A DNA stretch of 64,000 bases from the IMG/VR virus record IMGVR_UViG_3300020477_001008, positions 124,001-188,000 of that record; one strand, 5' to 3'. Both the position numbers and the translations under genes were made by a program. The stretch's first letter is position 1. Every line of letters begins with the position of its first letter. Shown here piece after piece: positions 38,766-48,800 of the stretch. The notes beneath the pieces were generated by a model. The model saw only the letters and a program-made list of their open reading frames with translations, made no database searches and was not told the origin of the DNA.

Positions 38766-39557
38766 ATGAAATTAAACGATCTAAAATCCACATATGAAAC
38801 GAAGATAGCGAGAGTAAATCGTTGGCTTGAAGAGACTTATGGCTTCAAAGTGTTTGATAAAGTTGATATAGAAAAGCTATATGCAACTAAAGAACAGTTA
38901 GACGTACAACGTGAAGAGCTTAAAAGAAGCTTACCTTTCAATTCGTATCACGAACATCCTGACTATGCAAAAAATATTCTTTTATCAGAAGCAATTGTTT
39001 TAATGATTGGTCAAATTGCTGATGAAGACTTACCAGCAAAACCAGATGATGATAATGAAGATGGTGAAGAAAGTCCATTAACAACTGACAATAATAGTGA
39101 TGAAGCTCCTGCAACAGAGAGCAAAGAAGCTATTAAAGAAAACGAAGATTTAGAACAAGCTGAAACAGTTTTAGCTTCTAAAAATTTAGTTGATTCATTA
39201 CAAGGTATGATTGAAGATTTAGGTAAAATGCAAAATGAAGATTTAGCGGCAATTACAGACCAAATGCAAAATCAGTTTGGTGTAGATTCAGCTAGTTCGT
39301 TTAATGCTAATGTAAACGGAATTATTGATAACTTATTAAATGCGGCAAAAGAAGCTAAAGAGAGTGTCAACAATGAAGTATTGATGCTACAAGGTGAAGC
39401 ACCAGCAACTATGTCAGACGAACCATCAATGGATGCACCAGCAGATGACGAAGGTGACTCTTTAGAAATAGAAGAACCAGTTGATGCTGAAACAGACGGT
39501 GACGATTCTGCATCAGGTCCATTGGATGAGCCTCTTGGTAGAGCCAAGAAGGCATAA
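38766..39557 (+). CDS. acidic hypothetical protein (scaffold/internal-protein-like)
   Basis: TATAAATA(38750-57)-N8-ATG; acidic linker and tail. Confidence 0.75.
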   Translation: MKLNDLKSTYETKIARVNRWLEETYGFKVFDKVDIEKLYATKEQLDVQREELKRSLPFNSYHEHPDYAKNILLSEAIVLMIGQIADEDLPAKPDDDNEDGEESPLTTDNNSDEAPATESKEAIKENEDLEQAETVLASKNLVDSLQGMIEDLGKMQNEDLAAITDQMQNQFGVDSASSFNANVNGIIDNLLNAAKEAKESVNNEVLMLQGEAPATMSDEPSMDAPADDEGDSLEIEEPVDAETDGDDSASGPLDEPLGRAKKA

Positions 39558-39880
39558 TGAGACTTAAAGAAATTTCAGAAAGCTATATATCAAAATTGCG
39601 TACTGACGCACTTAATCTTCTTGTGAGATTAGTTGCTAAAGGAGACAATGAAATTAATACAAATTCAATGTCCGATGAACTTAATAAAATGGGTCATTCA
39701 GTAAATCCTAATTCATTAGCTGATTTAGTAAAAAATATGCCAATGGTTAGAAGTATTAACCCAGATAAAATCACTTTAAAACCAAATTCGAATTTGACAC
39801 AGTTCTCAAAAGATGCTACAATGGATAATGAAAAGAAAGTTGATAAACTTGCTAAAAAAACCATTGATAAGAATCTTTAA
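39557..39880 (+). CDS. hypothetical protein
   Basis: 107 aa; N-terminus MRLKEISE. Confidence 0.7.
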   Translation: MRLKEISESYISKLRTDALNLLVRLVAKGDNEINTNSMSDELNKMGHSVNPNSLADLVKNMPMVRSINPDKITLKPNSNLTQFSKDATMDNEKKVDKLAKKTIDKNL

Positions 39881-39882
39881 TT

Positions 39883-40563
39883 GTGACCAAATTACTAATA
39901 GAAAAATTTCAATATAAAAGTTTAAAAAGAACAACAATAGACGGTAAGCGTCATTATGTTGGTGAAGATGGTAATCCTGTTCCTAGTGTTACTACAATAT
40001 TATCTCACTCTAAAGATATGACGGCTCTTAATGCTTGGAAAAAGCGAGTAGGTAAAGCTGAAGCTCAAAGAATTGTTACAGAGTCAGCAAATTTAGGTAC
40101 AGTTACACACAAACATTTAGAATCATATATTGAAGGAGTTGAGCGTCCGGGCGGTAGCAATCAAGTATATCAACAAGCAAAACAATTAAGCGATATTATT
40201 ATTGATAAAGGATTTGATAAAGTTAATGAAGTTTGGGGGATCGAGCAGGGGTTGTGTTTTCCTAACTTGTATGCCGGGACGGCAGATATGGTTTGTGTGT
40301 ATGACGGTATGCCTGTGATAGGTGACTTTAAAACAAGTCGTAAAGTTAAAAAGAAAGAGTGGATTGAAGATTATTTTGTTCAATGTGCCGCTTATGCCTT
40401 AGCACACAATGAAGTTTACGGCACAGATATACAAGCAGGGCTTATTTTTATAGTATCTCATAGTGGTGAATACCAGCAATTTTTAGTCAAAAACGGCGAA
40501 TTTAAAAAATATACAGATATGTGGCTTGACAAAGTAGAAGCTTTTTACAAAGCTACTAAATAG
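39883..40563 (+). CDS. PD-(D/E)XK exonuclease (RecB/Cas4-like superfamily)
   Basis: PSVTTIL, GTVTHKHLE, E..L......YAGTAD, IGDFKTS and Q..AYA. Confidence 0.88.
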   Translation: MTKLLIEKFQYKSLKRTTIDGKRHYVGEDGNPVPSVTTILSHSKDMTALNAWKKRVGKAEAQRIVTESANLGTVTHKHLESYIEGVERPGGSNQVYQQAKQLSDIIIDKGFDKVNEVWGIEQGLCFPNLYAGTADMVCVYDGMPVIGDFKTSRKVKKKEWIEDYFVQCAAYALAHNEVYGTDIQAGLIFIVSHSGEYQQFLVKNGEFKKYTDMWLDKVEAFYKATK

Positions 40564-40586
40564 TATTATATTAAGGTTTTAGCAAG

Positions 40587-41897
40587 ATGACAACAACATT
40601 TGTAAGATTAAAGAACAGAAGAGGAAATCGTACTGATTTACCCCAGCCATTAGCTGAAGGTGAAATTGGTCTAGCACTAGATACACGTGAGTTGTATATT
40701 GGTGGTGGTGACCAGTCAACTAAAAACAGAATGGTGCAAGTAGGTAATTTCTTAAATGCACAATCATCTGTACAAAGTTTAATTGATACAAGATTAGTTG
40801 TTTTTAAAATGGCTTCAACTGAAAGTTTTGTAGGTAATGGAACAGATACAAGTTCAACTGTATTAAACGGTGGAACAGCTTTAACATTTCCAACTGGAAA
40901 AAGTACAACTGGTTTTGGTTCAGATAAACTTGAGATATACAAATACAATGTTAACAAGTTGCCTTCAAAAGTTTCAACAGCAGGATATTCAGTTGGTGTA
41001 GCAGGTTCAGATTTAACTATTACATTTAACTCAGCAGGTAAGCCAGAAAACAATTCAGTAATTTGTGTAACAAAATGGCTTGGTACAGAAATAATTGATT
41101 ATGTTAAAAAAGCTTATGCAGATGAAATGTCAATTGCCACAACGGCTGTAACAACAGCAGTTTCAAAAACAGAAGACGTTATAACTTTTAGTGCTACTGG
41201 TAAATCAACATATACATTATACATAGATGTTTCAACTGGTACTGGATTTGTTGATATTGGAGATCAAGGTGCTAACCAAGTTGCTAAACAAAATTCATTT
41301 GCAACAGAATTAGCGGCGGAAAATGGAATTAGCTCAGCTGGTATTAATACGGCTGTGTTTATACGTGGAACAATGGCAGGATTAGGATACACAGCGGCAA
41401 AAGTATCAGTTCCAGGATCATTGTTAATTGAATTAGATAGTCCACAACAAGCAGTACTATTATCAAAATTTTTAAATTTAGCTGTTGGAACAGCAGAAGT
41501 TTCAGTAGCAAACAATATTAAAATTTATACTCAAGATAGCAAACCAGAATTTGCTAATAATCAATATGTTGGGCCAACTTTTTTAATTAAGAAAACTTTA
41601 ACCAAAGGTGGTGCAACAGCAGACGTTACAAGTTTTTCATCAACTGAAACTAATACTTACTTTTTAGACTACTCACTAAAGATAGGTAGTGCCTATGCCG
41701 TAGGTTGTATAAGAATTATTTCAGATGGAACAAACGTTCATTATATTGATGATAGAACAGAAACAGCAAGTACAAGCGATGTAGTGTTTTCTACTCCAGC
41801 AGTAAGCGGTGGATTAATTAAATTACAATACACTAATTCAAATTCTTCAACTGATGCTACATTATCTTATGTTTTAAAACGTTGGTTAACCAGTTAA
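40587..41897 (+). CDS. putative tail fibre / virion structural protein
   Basis: N-terminal RRG...L...LAEGEIGLALDTRELYIG fibre-attachment motif; Thr/Ser/Gly-rich. Confidence 0.7.
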   Translation: MTTTFVRLKNRRGNRTDLPQPLAEGEIGLALDTRELYIGGGDQSTKNRMVQVGNFLNAQSSVQSLIDTRLVVFKMASTESFVGNGTDTSSTVLNGGTALTFPTGKSTTGFGSDKLEIYKYNVNKLPSKVSTAGYSVGVAGSDLTITFNSAGKPENNSVICVTKWLGTEIIDYVKKAYADEMSIATTAVTTAVSKTEDVITFSATGKSTYTLYIDVSTGTGFVDIGDQGANQVAKQNSFATELAAENGISSAGINTAVFIRGTMAGLGYTAAKVSVPGSLLIELDSPQQAVLLSKFLNLAVGTAEVSVANNIKIYTQDSKPEFANNQYVGPTFLIKKTLTKGGATADVTSFSSTETNTYFLDYSLKIGSAYAVGCIRIISDGTNVHYIDDRTETASTSDVVFSTPAVSGGLIKLQYTNSNSSTDATLSYVLKRWLTS

Positions 41898-42006
41898 CTA
41901 TCCAGATAACTAACATTTGTCCACGATTTTATTAATATTATTATTGACAATAGACTATGTTGTCTAGTAATATTATTATTATAAAGAATTTAGAGAATAG
42001 GCAAAA

Positions 42007-44334
42007 ATGAATAAAGAAGCAGACCTGTACATTGTTAAACGAGACGGAAGAAAAGAATTACTTGATATTAATAAAGTACACAAAATGACTGAAGCGGCTT
42101 GTGAAGGCTTAACTGGAGTTTCATCATCACAAGTAGAAATGAATTCAGGTTTACAATTTTCAGATGGAATGTCAACACAAGACATTCAAGAAGTATTAAT
42201 TAAATCAGCAAACGACTTAATTACATTAGAAGCACCTAACTATCAGTACGTTGCTTCAAGACTACTTCTTTTCTCACTTCAAAAACACGTATTTGGAAAA
42301 TGGTTGCCATCAGATAATCATATTCCATTAAGATATTTGGTATCAAGAAATATTGAACGTGGTGTATACGATAAAGCAATATTAGATCAATTTAGTGATG
42401 ATGAATGGAATAAGTTAAATGGGTATATGAAGCACGAAAGAGATTGGGATTTTACATACGCAGGTTTAAGACAAGTTGTAGACAAATATCTAGTACAAGA
42501 TAGAAGTACAGGTGCAGTATACGAAACACCACAATATATGTATATGATGATTGCGGCAACACTATTTGCAAATTATCCATTAGATACAAGAATGCAATAC
42601 ATCAAAAAATATTATAATGCTATTTCTACTTTTAAAATTAATATACCTACACCAGTAATGGCAGGAGTAAGAACACCAATGAAACAATTTGCAAGTTGCG
42701 TTCTTGTAGAAGTTGATGATACACTTCCTTCTATTTTTTCTAGCGATATGGCTATTGGAAGATATATTGCACAAAGAGCCGGCATAGGTATTAATGCAGG
42801 TCGTATTAGAGGTATTAATTCTAAAATTAGAGGTGGTGAAGTAGCACACACAGGCGTTGTTCCATTCCTTAAAAAGTTTGAAGCAACTGTAAGATGTTGT
42901 ACACAAAACGGAGTACGTGGTGGTAGTGCTACAGTTCATTTCCCTATATGGCACCAAGAGATTGAAGACATTTTAGTTTTAAAAAATAATAAAGGTACAG
43001 AAGATAATAGAGTACGTAAACTAGATTATTCAATACAAATTAGTAAATTATTTTATGAGAGGCTATTAGCTAATGCCGATATAAGTCTTTTCTCGCCTCA
43101 CGAGGTGCCGGGTTTGTATGATGCATTTGGCACAACAGAATTTGATGATTTATATATTAAGTATGAAAAAAATAAATCAATTAGACGTAAAAAAGTTTCT
43201 GCACAAGATTTGTTTAATAACTTATTAAAAGAAAGAGCTGAAACAGGTCGTATCTATATTATGAATATTGACCATTGCAATAGTCACTCATCATTTAAAG
43301 ATAAAGTTAATATGAGTAACTTATGCCAAGAGATAACACTACCAACAGTACCAATTAATCACATTGATGGAAATGGTGAAATTGCACTTTGTATTCTTTC
43401 TGCTATTAATGTTGGTCAGATTAAAGATTTAGATGAATTAGAAAACTTATGTGATTTATCAGTTAGAGCTTTAGATGAAATTATTGATTATCAAAAGTAT
43501 CCTGTAAAGGCGGCTGAAATATCAACTAAAGCTAGAAGAAGTTTAGGAGTAGGTTATATTGGACTTGCACACTATCTAGCTAAAAATTATGTTGGCTATG
43601 ATGATAAAAAAGCATTAAAGATTGTACACGAATTATCAGAAGCATTTCAATATTATCTAGTTCAAGCATCTATGAATCTTGCACAAGAAAAAGGTAAATG
43701 TGAATATTTTGAAAGAACAAAATATGCAGATGGTAAAATGCCAATTGATCATTACAAAGAAGATTTAGATGATATTTGTAATACAAGACTAAAATTAAAC
43801 TGGGAAAAATTAAGAAAACAAGTAAAACAATTTGGTATGAGAAATTCAACATTATCAGCCCAAATGCCAAGTGAAAGTTCTTCCGTAGTTAGTAATGCTA
43901 CTAATGGAATTGAGCCACCACGTGGTTTTTTATCAGTAAAAAAATCTAAAAAAGGCCCACTAAAACAAATTGTTCCACAATATAAAACACTAAAAGATTA
44001 TTATACTTTGTTATGGGATATGGAATCAAATGATGGTTATATTAATATTGTTTCAGTAATGCAAAAGTTCTTTGATCAAGCTATATCAGGTAATTGGAGT
44101 TACAATCCAACGCAATTCGAAAATAATGAAGTACCAATGAGTGTTATGTTTAAAGATTTATTAACAACATACAAATTAGGTTGGAAAACAAGTTATTATC
44201 AAAACACATATGATTTCAAAACTGATGCTTCAGTAGAAGTAGAAGTACAACCAATACAACAAGCGGCACAAGATTTTGCAAAAGCAAATTTAGAAGTCCA
44301 AGCAGGTGATGACTGCGATGCTTGTAATATATAG
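42007..44334 (+). CDS. nrdA: ribonucleotide reductase class Ia alpha subunit
   Basis: ATP cone (IVKRDGRKE), PTPVMAG, SCVL, SNLCQEI, QMPSESS and C-terminal CDAC. Confidence 0.97.
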   Translation: MNKEADLYIVKRDGRKELLDINKVHKMTEAACEGLTGVSSSQVEMNSGLQFSDGMSTQDIQEVLIKSANDLITLEAPNYQYVASRLLLFSLQKHVFGKWLPSDNHIPLRYLVSRNIERGVYDKAILDQFSDDEWNKLNGYMKHERDWDFTYAGLRQVVDKYLVQDRSTGAVYETPQYMYMMIAATLFANYPLDTRMQYIKKYYNAISTFKINIPTPVMAGVRTPMKQFASCVLVEVDDTLPSIFSSDMAIGRYIAQRAGIGINAGRIRGINSKIRGGEVAHTGVVPFLKKFEATVRCCTQNGVRGGSATVHFPIWHQEIEDILVLKNNKGTEDNRVRKLDYSIQISKLFYERLLANADISLFSPHEVPGLYDAFGTTEFDDLYIKYEKNKSIRRKKVSAQDLFNNLLKERAETGRIYIMNIDHCNSHSSFKDKVNMSNLCQEITLPTVPINHIDGNGEIALCILSAINVGQIKDLDELENLCDLSVRALDEIIDYQKYPVKAAEISTKARRSLGVGYIGLAHYLAKNYVGYDDKKALKIVHELSEAFQYYLVQASMNLAQEKGKCEYFERTKYADGKMPIDHYKEDLDDICNTRLKLNWEKLRKQVKQFGMRNSTLSAQMPSESSSVVSNATNGIEPPRGFLSVKKSKKGPLKQIVPQYKTLKDYYTLLWDMESNDGYINIVSVMQKFFDQAISGNWSYNPTQFENNEVPMSVMFKDLLTTYKLGWKTSYYQNTYDFKTDASVEVEVQPIQQAAQDFAKANLEVQAGDDCDACNI

Positions 44335-44351
44335 GACAATAAATAATTTAG

Positions 44352-45452
44352 ATGGCTAAGACAATTTTTAACAGAAACGAGATCGACTTCACTAAAGAGC
44401 CAATGTTCTTTGGTGCGGATCAGAACGTGCAAAGATATGATGTATTCAAGTATCCACAGTTTGATAAACTTAACCAAACAATGTTAGGATACTTTTGGAG
44501 ACCTGAAGAAGTAAGTTTACAAAAAGATAGAGCTGATTTTTCTACATTCAGACCAGAACAAAAACATATATTCACATCTAATTTAAAATATCAAACACTA
44601 TTAGATAGTGTACAAGGTAGAGGACCATCATTGGCATTTTTACCTTATGTTTCTAATCCAGAATTGGAAGGTTGTATTGTTACTTGGGATTTCTTTGAAA
44701 CGATACACTCAAGATCATATACACACATCATTAAAAATGTTTATCCAGATCCGTCAGAAGTATTTGATACTATATTAAATGACAAAGAGATTTTAAAAAG
44801 AGCTGTAAGTGTTACAAAAAATTATGATTCATTTAGCGAAGCGGCAGAGAACTATTTTGTAAAAGGCAAAGGTGATTTATATGATGTTAAGAAAAAATTA
44901 TATCTTGCTATGCACAATGTAAACTTATTAGAAGGCTTAAGATTTTATGTATCATTTGCTTGTACCTTTGCATTTGGTGAACTTAAACTTATGGAAGGTT
45001 CAGCAAAAATTATTAGTTTAATTGCTAGAGATGAAGCAACACACTTAAACTTGTCAACACACGTAATTAAAAATTGGCAACAAGGTGATGATAAAGATTT
45101 TACAAAGATTATCAAAGAATGTGATAGTCAAGTATACGAAATGTATAAAACCTGCGTAGAAGAAGAAAAGGCGTGGGCAAAACACTTGTTCAAAGATGGA
45201 AGTATTATTGGATTAAACGATAGACTATTATTTAAATATGTTGAGTTTATTGCTAATAAAAGATTAAAAGCACTAGGTATGGAGCCAATCTTTGAACAAC
45301 CAGTAACACAAAATCCATTACCTTGGACACAGCACTGGTTATCGTCTGCCGGTCTGCAAGTTGCACCACAAGAAACTGAAGTTGAAAGTTATATTATTGG
45401 TGGTGTTAAACAAGACGTAAACAAAGATACATTTAAAGGATTTAAATTATAA
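44352..45452 (+). CDS. nrdB: ribonucleotide reductase class Ia beta subunit
   Basis: FWRPEEV, LLDSVQGR, ETIHSRSY, LEGLRFY, IARDEATH and APQETEVESY. Confidence 0.97.
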   Translation: MAKTIFNRNEIDFTKEPMFFGADQNVQRYDVFKYPQFDKLNQTMLGYFWRPEEVSLQKDRADFSTFRPEQKHIFTSNLKYQTLLDSVQGRGPSLAFLPYVSNPELEGCIVTWDFFETIHSRSYTHIIKNVYPDPSEVFDTILNDKEILKRAVSVTKNYDSFSEAAENYFVKGKGDLYDVKKKLYLAMHNVNLLEGLRFYVSFACTFAFGELKLMEGSAKIISLIARDEATHLNLSTHVIKNWQQGDDKDFTKIIKECDSQVYEMYKTCVEEEKAWAKHLFKDGSIIGLNDRLLFKYVEFIANKRLKALGMEPIFEQPVTQNPLPWTQHWLSSAGLQVAPQETEVESYIIGGVKQDVNKDTFKGFKL

Positions 45453-45772
45453 TGTTAAAAGAACCAATAACAAAAGATGATGTTATAGCTTTAAAACTTG
45501 TATCTGGAGAAGAAGTTATTGCTAAAGTTGTTACAAACGACGAAACAATGCTTACAGTTAATAAGCCATTAACACTAATTCATACACCAAAAGGTATAGC
45601 TATGAGTCAGTATATATTAATGCAAGATATGACTGTGCCAGTACAAATTGATAAAGAAAAAGTTATCGTAATGACTAAAGCCAATTCAATAGCTAGTGAT
45701 CAGTATACTCAAACTTTATCTTCAATTAAAAAGCCAACACCAGCTGAAAAATCAAGTATTATAACAAATTAA
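45452..45772 (+). CDS. hypothetical protein (Sm-like beta pattern)
   Basis: LKLVSGEEVIAKV; coupled to nrdB. Confidence 0.7.
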   Translation: MLKEPITKDDVIALKLVSGEEVIAKVVTNDETMLTVNKPLTLIHTPKGIAMSQYILMQDMTVPVQIDKEKVIVMTKANSIASDQYTQTLSSIKKPTPAEKSSIITN

Positions 45773-45792
45773 TAACAGTTAAATAGTAGTGT

Positions 45793-46998
45793 ATGGACAC
45801 TACTAATAATAAATTTTTTTGTTTTTATCCCTTTCGTGCGATTGATGTATTAGCAGATTCGTCTGTGGTACCTTGTTGTAGATTTGATGGAAGGCACGAC
45901 AAAAGCTTACAATATGTTAATGATAAAAATTCTATAACTGATGCGTTTAATTCTGATTACTTTAATAACTTAAGAAAAAAAATGTTAGCTGGTGAAAAAG
46001 TTAACGGTTGCTGGAAATGTTATAAAGAAGACGAAGCAGGTATTAAAAGTATGAGGCTTGGCTCTGATGAATTTATGGAGCAAACTACAGATGTAGGATT
46101 AGAATTTGTAGAATTAGAATCAGGTAGGTTTTGTAATTTAAAATGTAGATCGTGTAGCCCAGCAGTTTCAAGTGGATTTCATAATGAAGTTAAGTCTTCA
46201 AAATTTATGGCTGAACATTTTGGAATAGATTTAAACAATGAAATATTAGATCCTGCAAATCAATTAAACAAATCGTTTTTATATATTTCAAAAGAACAAG
46301 CACAGAAAATAAAATATATTAAAGTTACAGGTGGGGAACCTCTATTAAGTGAATATTTTTTAAAGTATATTCAAAATCTTAATGAATGGGGTTTGTCAAA
46401 AAATATCACTTTAGAAATCTATACTAATGCATCTTTTCTACCAAAACAAAAGCTCTCAGATGCGTTAAAACCTTTTAAAAAAATTTACTTGTTTATGAGT
46501 ATTGATGCTATAGGTAAAAAATCTGATTATTTAAGATCAGGTAGCAATTGGACTACAATGGAAAAAGTTGCAAAGCATTGGTATGATTTATCAACACAAA
46601 TGAATATGGAATTAAATGTTAGTACTACAATATCTATCTATAATGTTTTATATCTAAAAGAATTAATTGATTGGATACAACAAACTATTAAAATTTCTTG
46701 GCCAAGTATAAATTTTGTACATAATCCTTCGTATATGTGTGTATCAAGCTTTAATGTTGATATTAGAAATGAAATACTTAATACACTACAAAATACTTGG
46801 GACGAAAAAACATTAACAAGTAGGCAAGCCAGAGAATATAAAAAAATTATAAATTTTGTTGAAAATACTACAGAATCTATACCTCCTCACTATTTTTTTG
46901 AAACTACAGAAACAATAGATAAAATTAGAAATGAAGATTGGAAACAACTATTTCCGGAGTTATACAGCTTATTAAGTAGGTATAAAAACAGTATATAA
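45793..46998 (+). CDS. radical SAM protein with N-terminal twitch domain
   Basis: FCFYPF...PCCRF...GCWKCY; CNLKCRSC; VTGGEPLL; SIDAIG..YLR. Confidence 0.9.
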   Translation: MDTTNNKFFCFYPFRAIDVLADSSVVPCCRFDGRHDKSLQYVNDKNSITDAFNSDYFNNLRKKMLAGEKVNGCWKCYKEDEAGIKSMRLGSDEFMEQTTDVGLEFVELESGRFCNLKCRSCSPAVSSGFHNEVKSSKFMAEHFGIDLNNEILDPANQLNKSFLYISKEQAQKIKYIKVTGGEPLLSEYFLKYIQNLNEWGLSKNITLEIYTNASFLPKQKLSDALKPFKKIYLFMSIDAIGKKSDYLRSGSNWTTMEKVAKHWYDLSTQMNMELNVSTTISIYNVLYLKELIDWIQQTIKISWPSINFVHNPSYMCVSSFNVDIRNEILNTLQNTWDEKTLTSRQAREYKKIINFVENTTESIPPHYFFETTETIDKIRNEDWKQLFPELYSLLSRYKNSI

Positions 46999-47006
46999 AT
47001 ACTGTT

Positions 47007-47291
47007 ATGCCAGCGGTAACAAGATTAGGAGATGTATGTACAGGTCACGGGTGTTTTCCCTCTAGACCAAATGTGAGTGCTTCTCCGAATGTATTTGTAA
47101 ATGGAATTCCAGTTCATAGAGTAGGTGATTCCTGGGATGTTCATTGTTGTGGAGTTTGCCACTCAGGTGTATTAGCCAGTGGATCATCAACAGTATTTGC
47201 AAATGTAAAACAAGTAGGTAGAATTGGTGATGCTGTAGATTGTGGTAGCTCAGTAGCAAGTGGTTCTGGAAACGTATACGCAGGAGGATAA
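47007..47291 (+). CDS. PAAR spike-tip protein (gp5.4-like)
   Basis: MPAVTRLGD.CTGH, VFVNG.PVHRVGD..H, GS.TVF.N...GR.GD..CG. Confidence 0.93.
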   Translation: MPAVTRLGDVCTGHGCFPSRPNVSASPNVFVNGIPVHRVGDSWDVHCCGVCHSGVLASGSSTVFANVKQVGRIGDAVDCGSSVASGSGNVYAGG

Positions 47292-47293
47292 AA

Positions 47294-48229
47294 ATGTCAA
47301 CAAGAAATATATGGGGTATAGGACAAGATACATTAAACTTTCCATCTGATACTATTCCAGTATCAAGTATGATGAGTGATACACAAAAGAATTTAATTAA
47401 TAGTGGATTACTTGATCAAGTTGATTTTACGGATCCTTGGGGAAGAAAATCTAAAGCATATCCTGGTTTTCAAAATCCGCATAATGATACTTTAACACAA
47501 ATTGCTAATGGCTGGAATTCAAGATTATCAGTTATGCCAGATGGTTGGAATGATAGCAACTATGCCAATAGAGCAGTTGTTGATGGAAATGCATTAGGTA
47601 ATGGTTTCAGTGCTAGAAAGTTAACTGATACAGAAATTAAAGATATTGGTTTTGTTGAAGGTATATTAAAAGACTTTACATTTTTAACTAATAGACAATC
47701 TGGTATGGACATTATGGAATATGCAAATCCTAATAGTATGTGGTCAGCATTAGGAAATACAGGTACCTATGGTGCTATGGTTGGTTTACCTACCACAGCA
47801 AGTTTTCCAACTGGTATTGTAGTTCCAGGTGTAACAAATTATCTTGGTGTTGCTAGAACTATAAATGAAATTGGACAAATTTTAAATAATGTACCAACAG
47901 GTTATACTTCTGGTCCTTGTAAATGGATAGAAGATATAATGAAAGCTGTAATGAAAGGTGGTTCAATATTAGCAGATATATTGAATAAAGTACTTGACGT
48001 ATTAGGCATCATTGGATTAGTAAACTCAATACTTGGTATGATTAAAATGTTAATGGATATGATACTTGAAGATCTAAGAACATTAGGATCAGCTATTGAA
48101 AGAATGAAGCAGGCGGCTTTATCTGGATTGTTAGAAGCATTAATGAAAGACCCTTGTATGAGATACTTAATTACGGCAGGGTTGGCAGTAGCTGGTACAG
48201 TAGCAATATTAAAAACAACCTCTCTATAA
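47294..48229 (+). CDS. hypothetical protein downstream of PAAR, hydrophobic helical C-terminus
   Basis: 311 aa, SD AGGAGG; long amphipathic/hydrophobic C-terminal helices. Confidence 0.75.
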   Translation: MSTRNIWGIGQDTLNFPSDTIPVSSMMSDTQKNLINSGLLDQVDFTDPWGRKSKAYPGFQNPHNDTLTQIANGWNSRLSVMPDGWNDSNYANRAVVDGNALGNGFSARKLTDTEIKDIGFVEGILKDFTFLTNRQSGMDIMEYANPNSMWSALGNTGTYGAMVGLPTTASFPTGIVVPGVTNYLGVARTINEIGQILNNVPTGYTSGPCKWIEDIMKAVMKGGSILADILNKVLDVLGIIGLVNSILGMIKMLMDMILEDLRTLGSAIERMKQAALSGLLEALMKDPCMRYLITAGLAVAGTVAILKTTSL

Positions 48230-48269
48230 TTTTTTCTTGTTTTTTCTAAAAATTCGTGTATAATTAACA

Positions 48270-48514
48270 GACAACGTTGAAGTTATCGTAATAGATTATA
48301 TGGACGTGGGGGCAGTACCCACCACCTCCACCATTAAGTTAAAAAGTTTTATGGGGGTGAACTAGGATCGACAGTAATTCAAAGGGTAATGGAGTTGTCC
48401 GGATGGAAGCTCGGTTAACGCGACAAACTTATAAATGCAGATGAAAATCTAGCACTTGCGGCCTAATTCGTTAGGCTAACGGGGTCCGGGGCACCTGGCA
48501 ACAGAACGCCCCAC
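48270..48514 (+). ncRNA. ssrA: circularly permuted (two-piece) tmRNA, alphaproteobacterial type
   Basis: Acceptor piece with T-arm GTGGG-GGCAGTA-CCCAC and CACCTCCA-CCA (ends 48333); 19-nt intervening segment; coding piece starts GGGGGTG at 48353 (G3:U70 pair) with GGATCGAC; tag gca gat gaa aat cta gca ctt gcg gcc taa = ADENLALAA (48437-48466); GGCAACAGAA; 5' end approximate. Confidence 0.93.
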
Positions 48515-48521
48515 TTGTATT

Positions 48522-48800
48522 ATGATAAAAAAAATTAAAGAATTTTGGGTAACAAGTTATAAATCAGATCCGTTTGCATTTATTAATGAAATGGCTTCAA
48601 CTATTCTAATAGTTATAGGATCAGCTATTTTAACGTGGACAGTATTAGATCCAAAGCCAGAAATTTTTATTCCTTTTTATTGGGCTGGTAGTATTGCTGG
48701 ATTTATAGGAGCATATCGTAGAACTCTGCCTTGGGTAATGGTATTGACATTTTGGTTTATAATGTTAAATAGTATTGCACTTTGGAGGTTGTTTTTATAA
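48522..48800 (+). CDS. small integral membrane protein
   Basis: Three hydrophobic segments in 92 aa. Confidence 0.7.
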   Translation: MIKKIKEFWVTSYKSDPFAFINEMASTILIVIGSAILTWTVLDPKPEIFIPFYWAGSIAGFIGAYRRTLPWVMVLTFWFIMLNSIALWRLFL

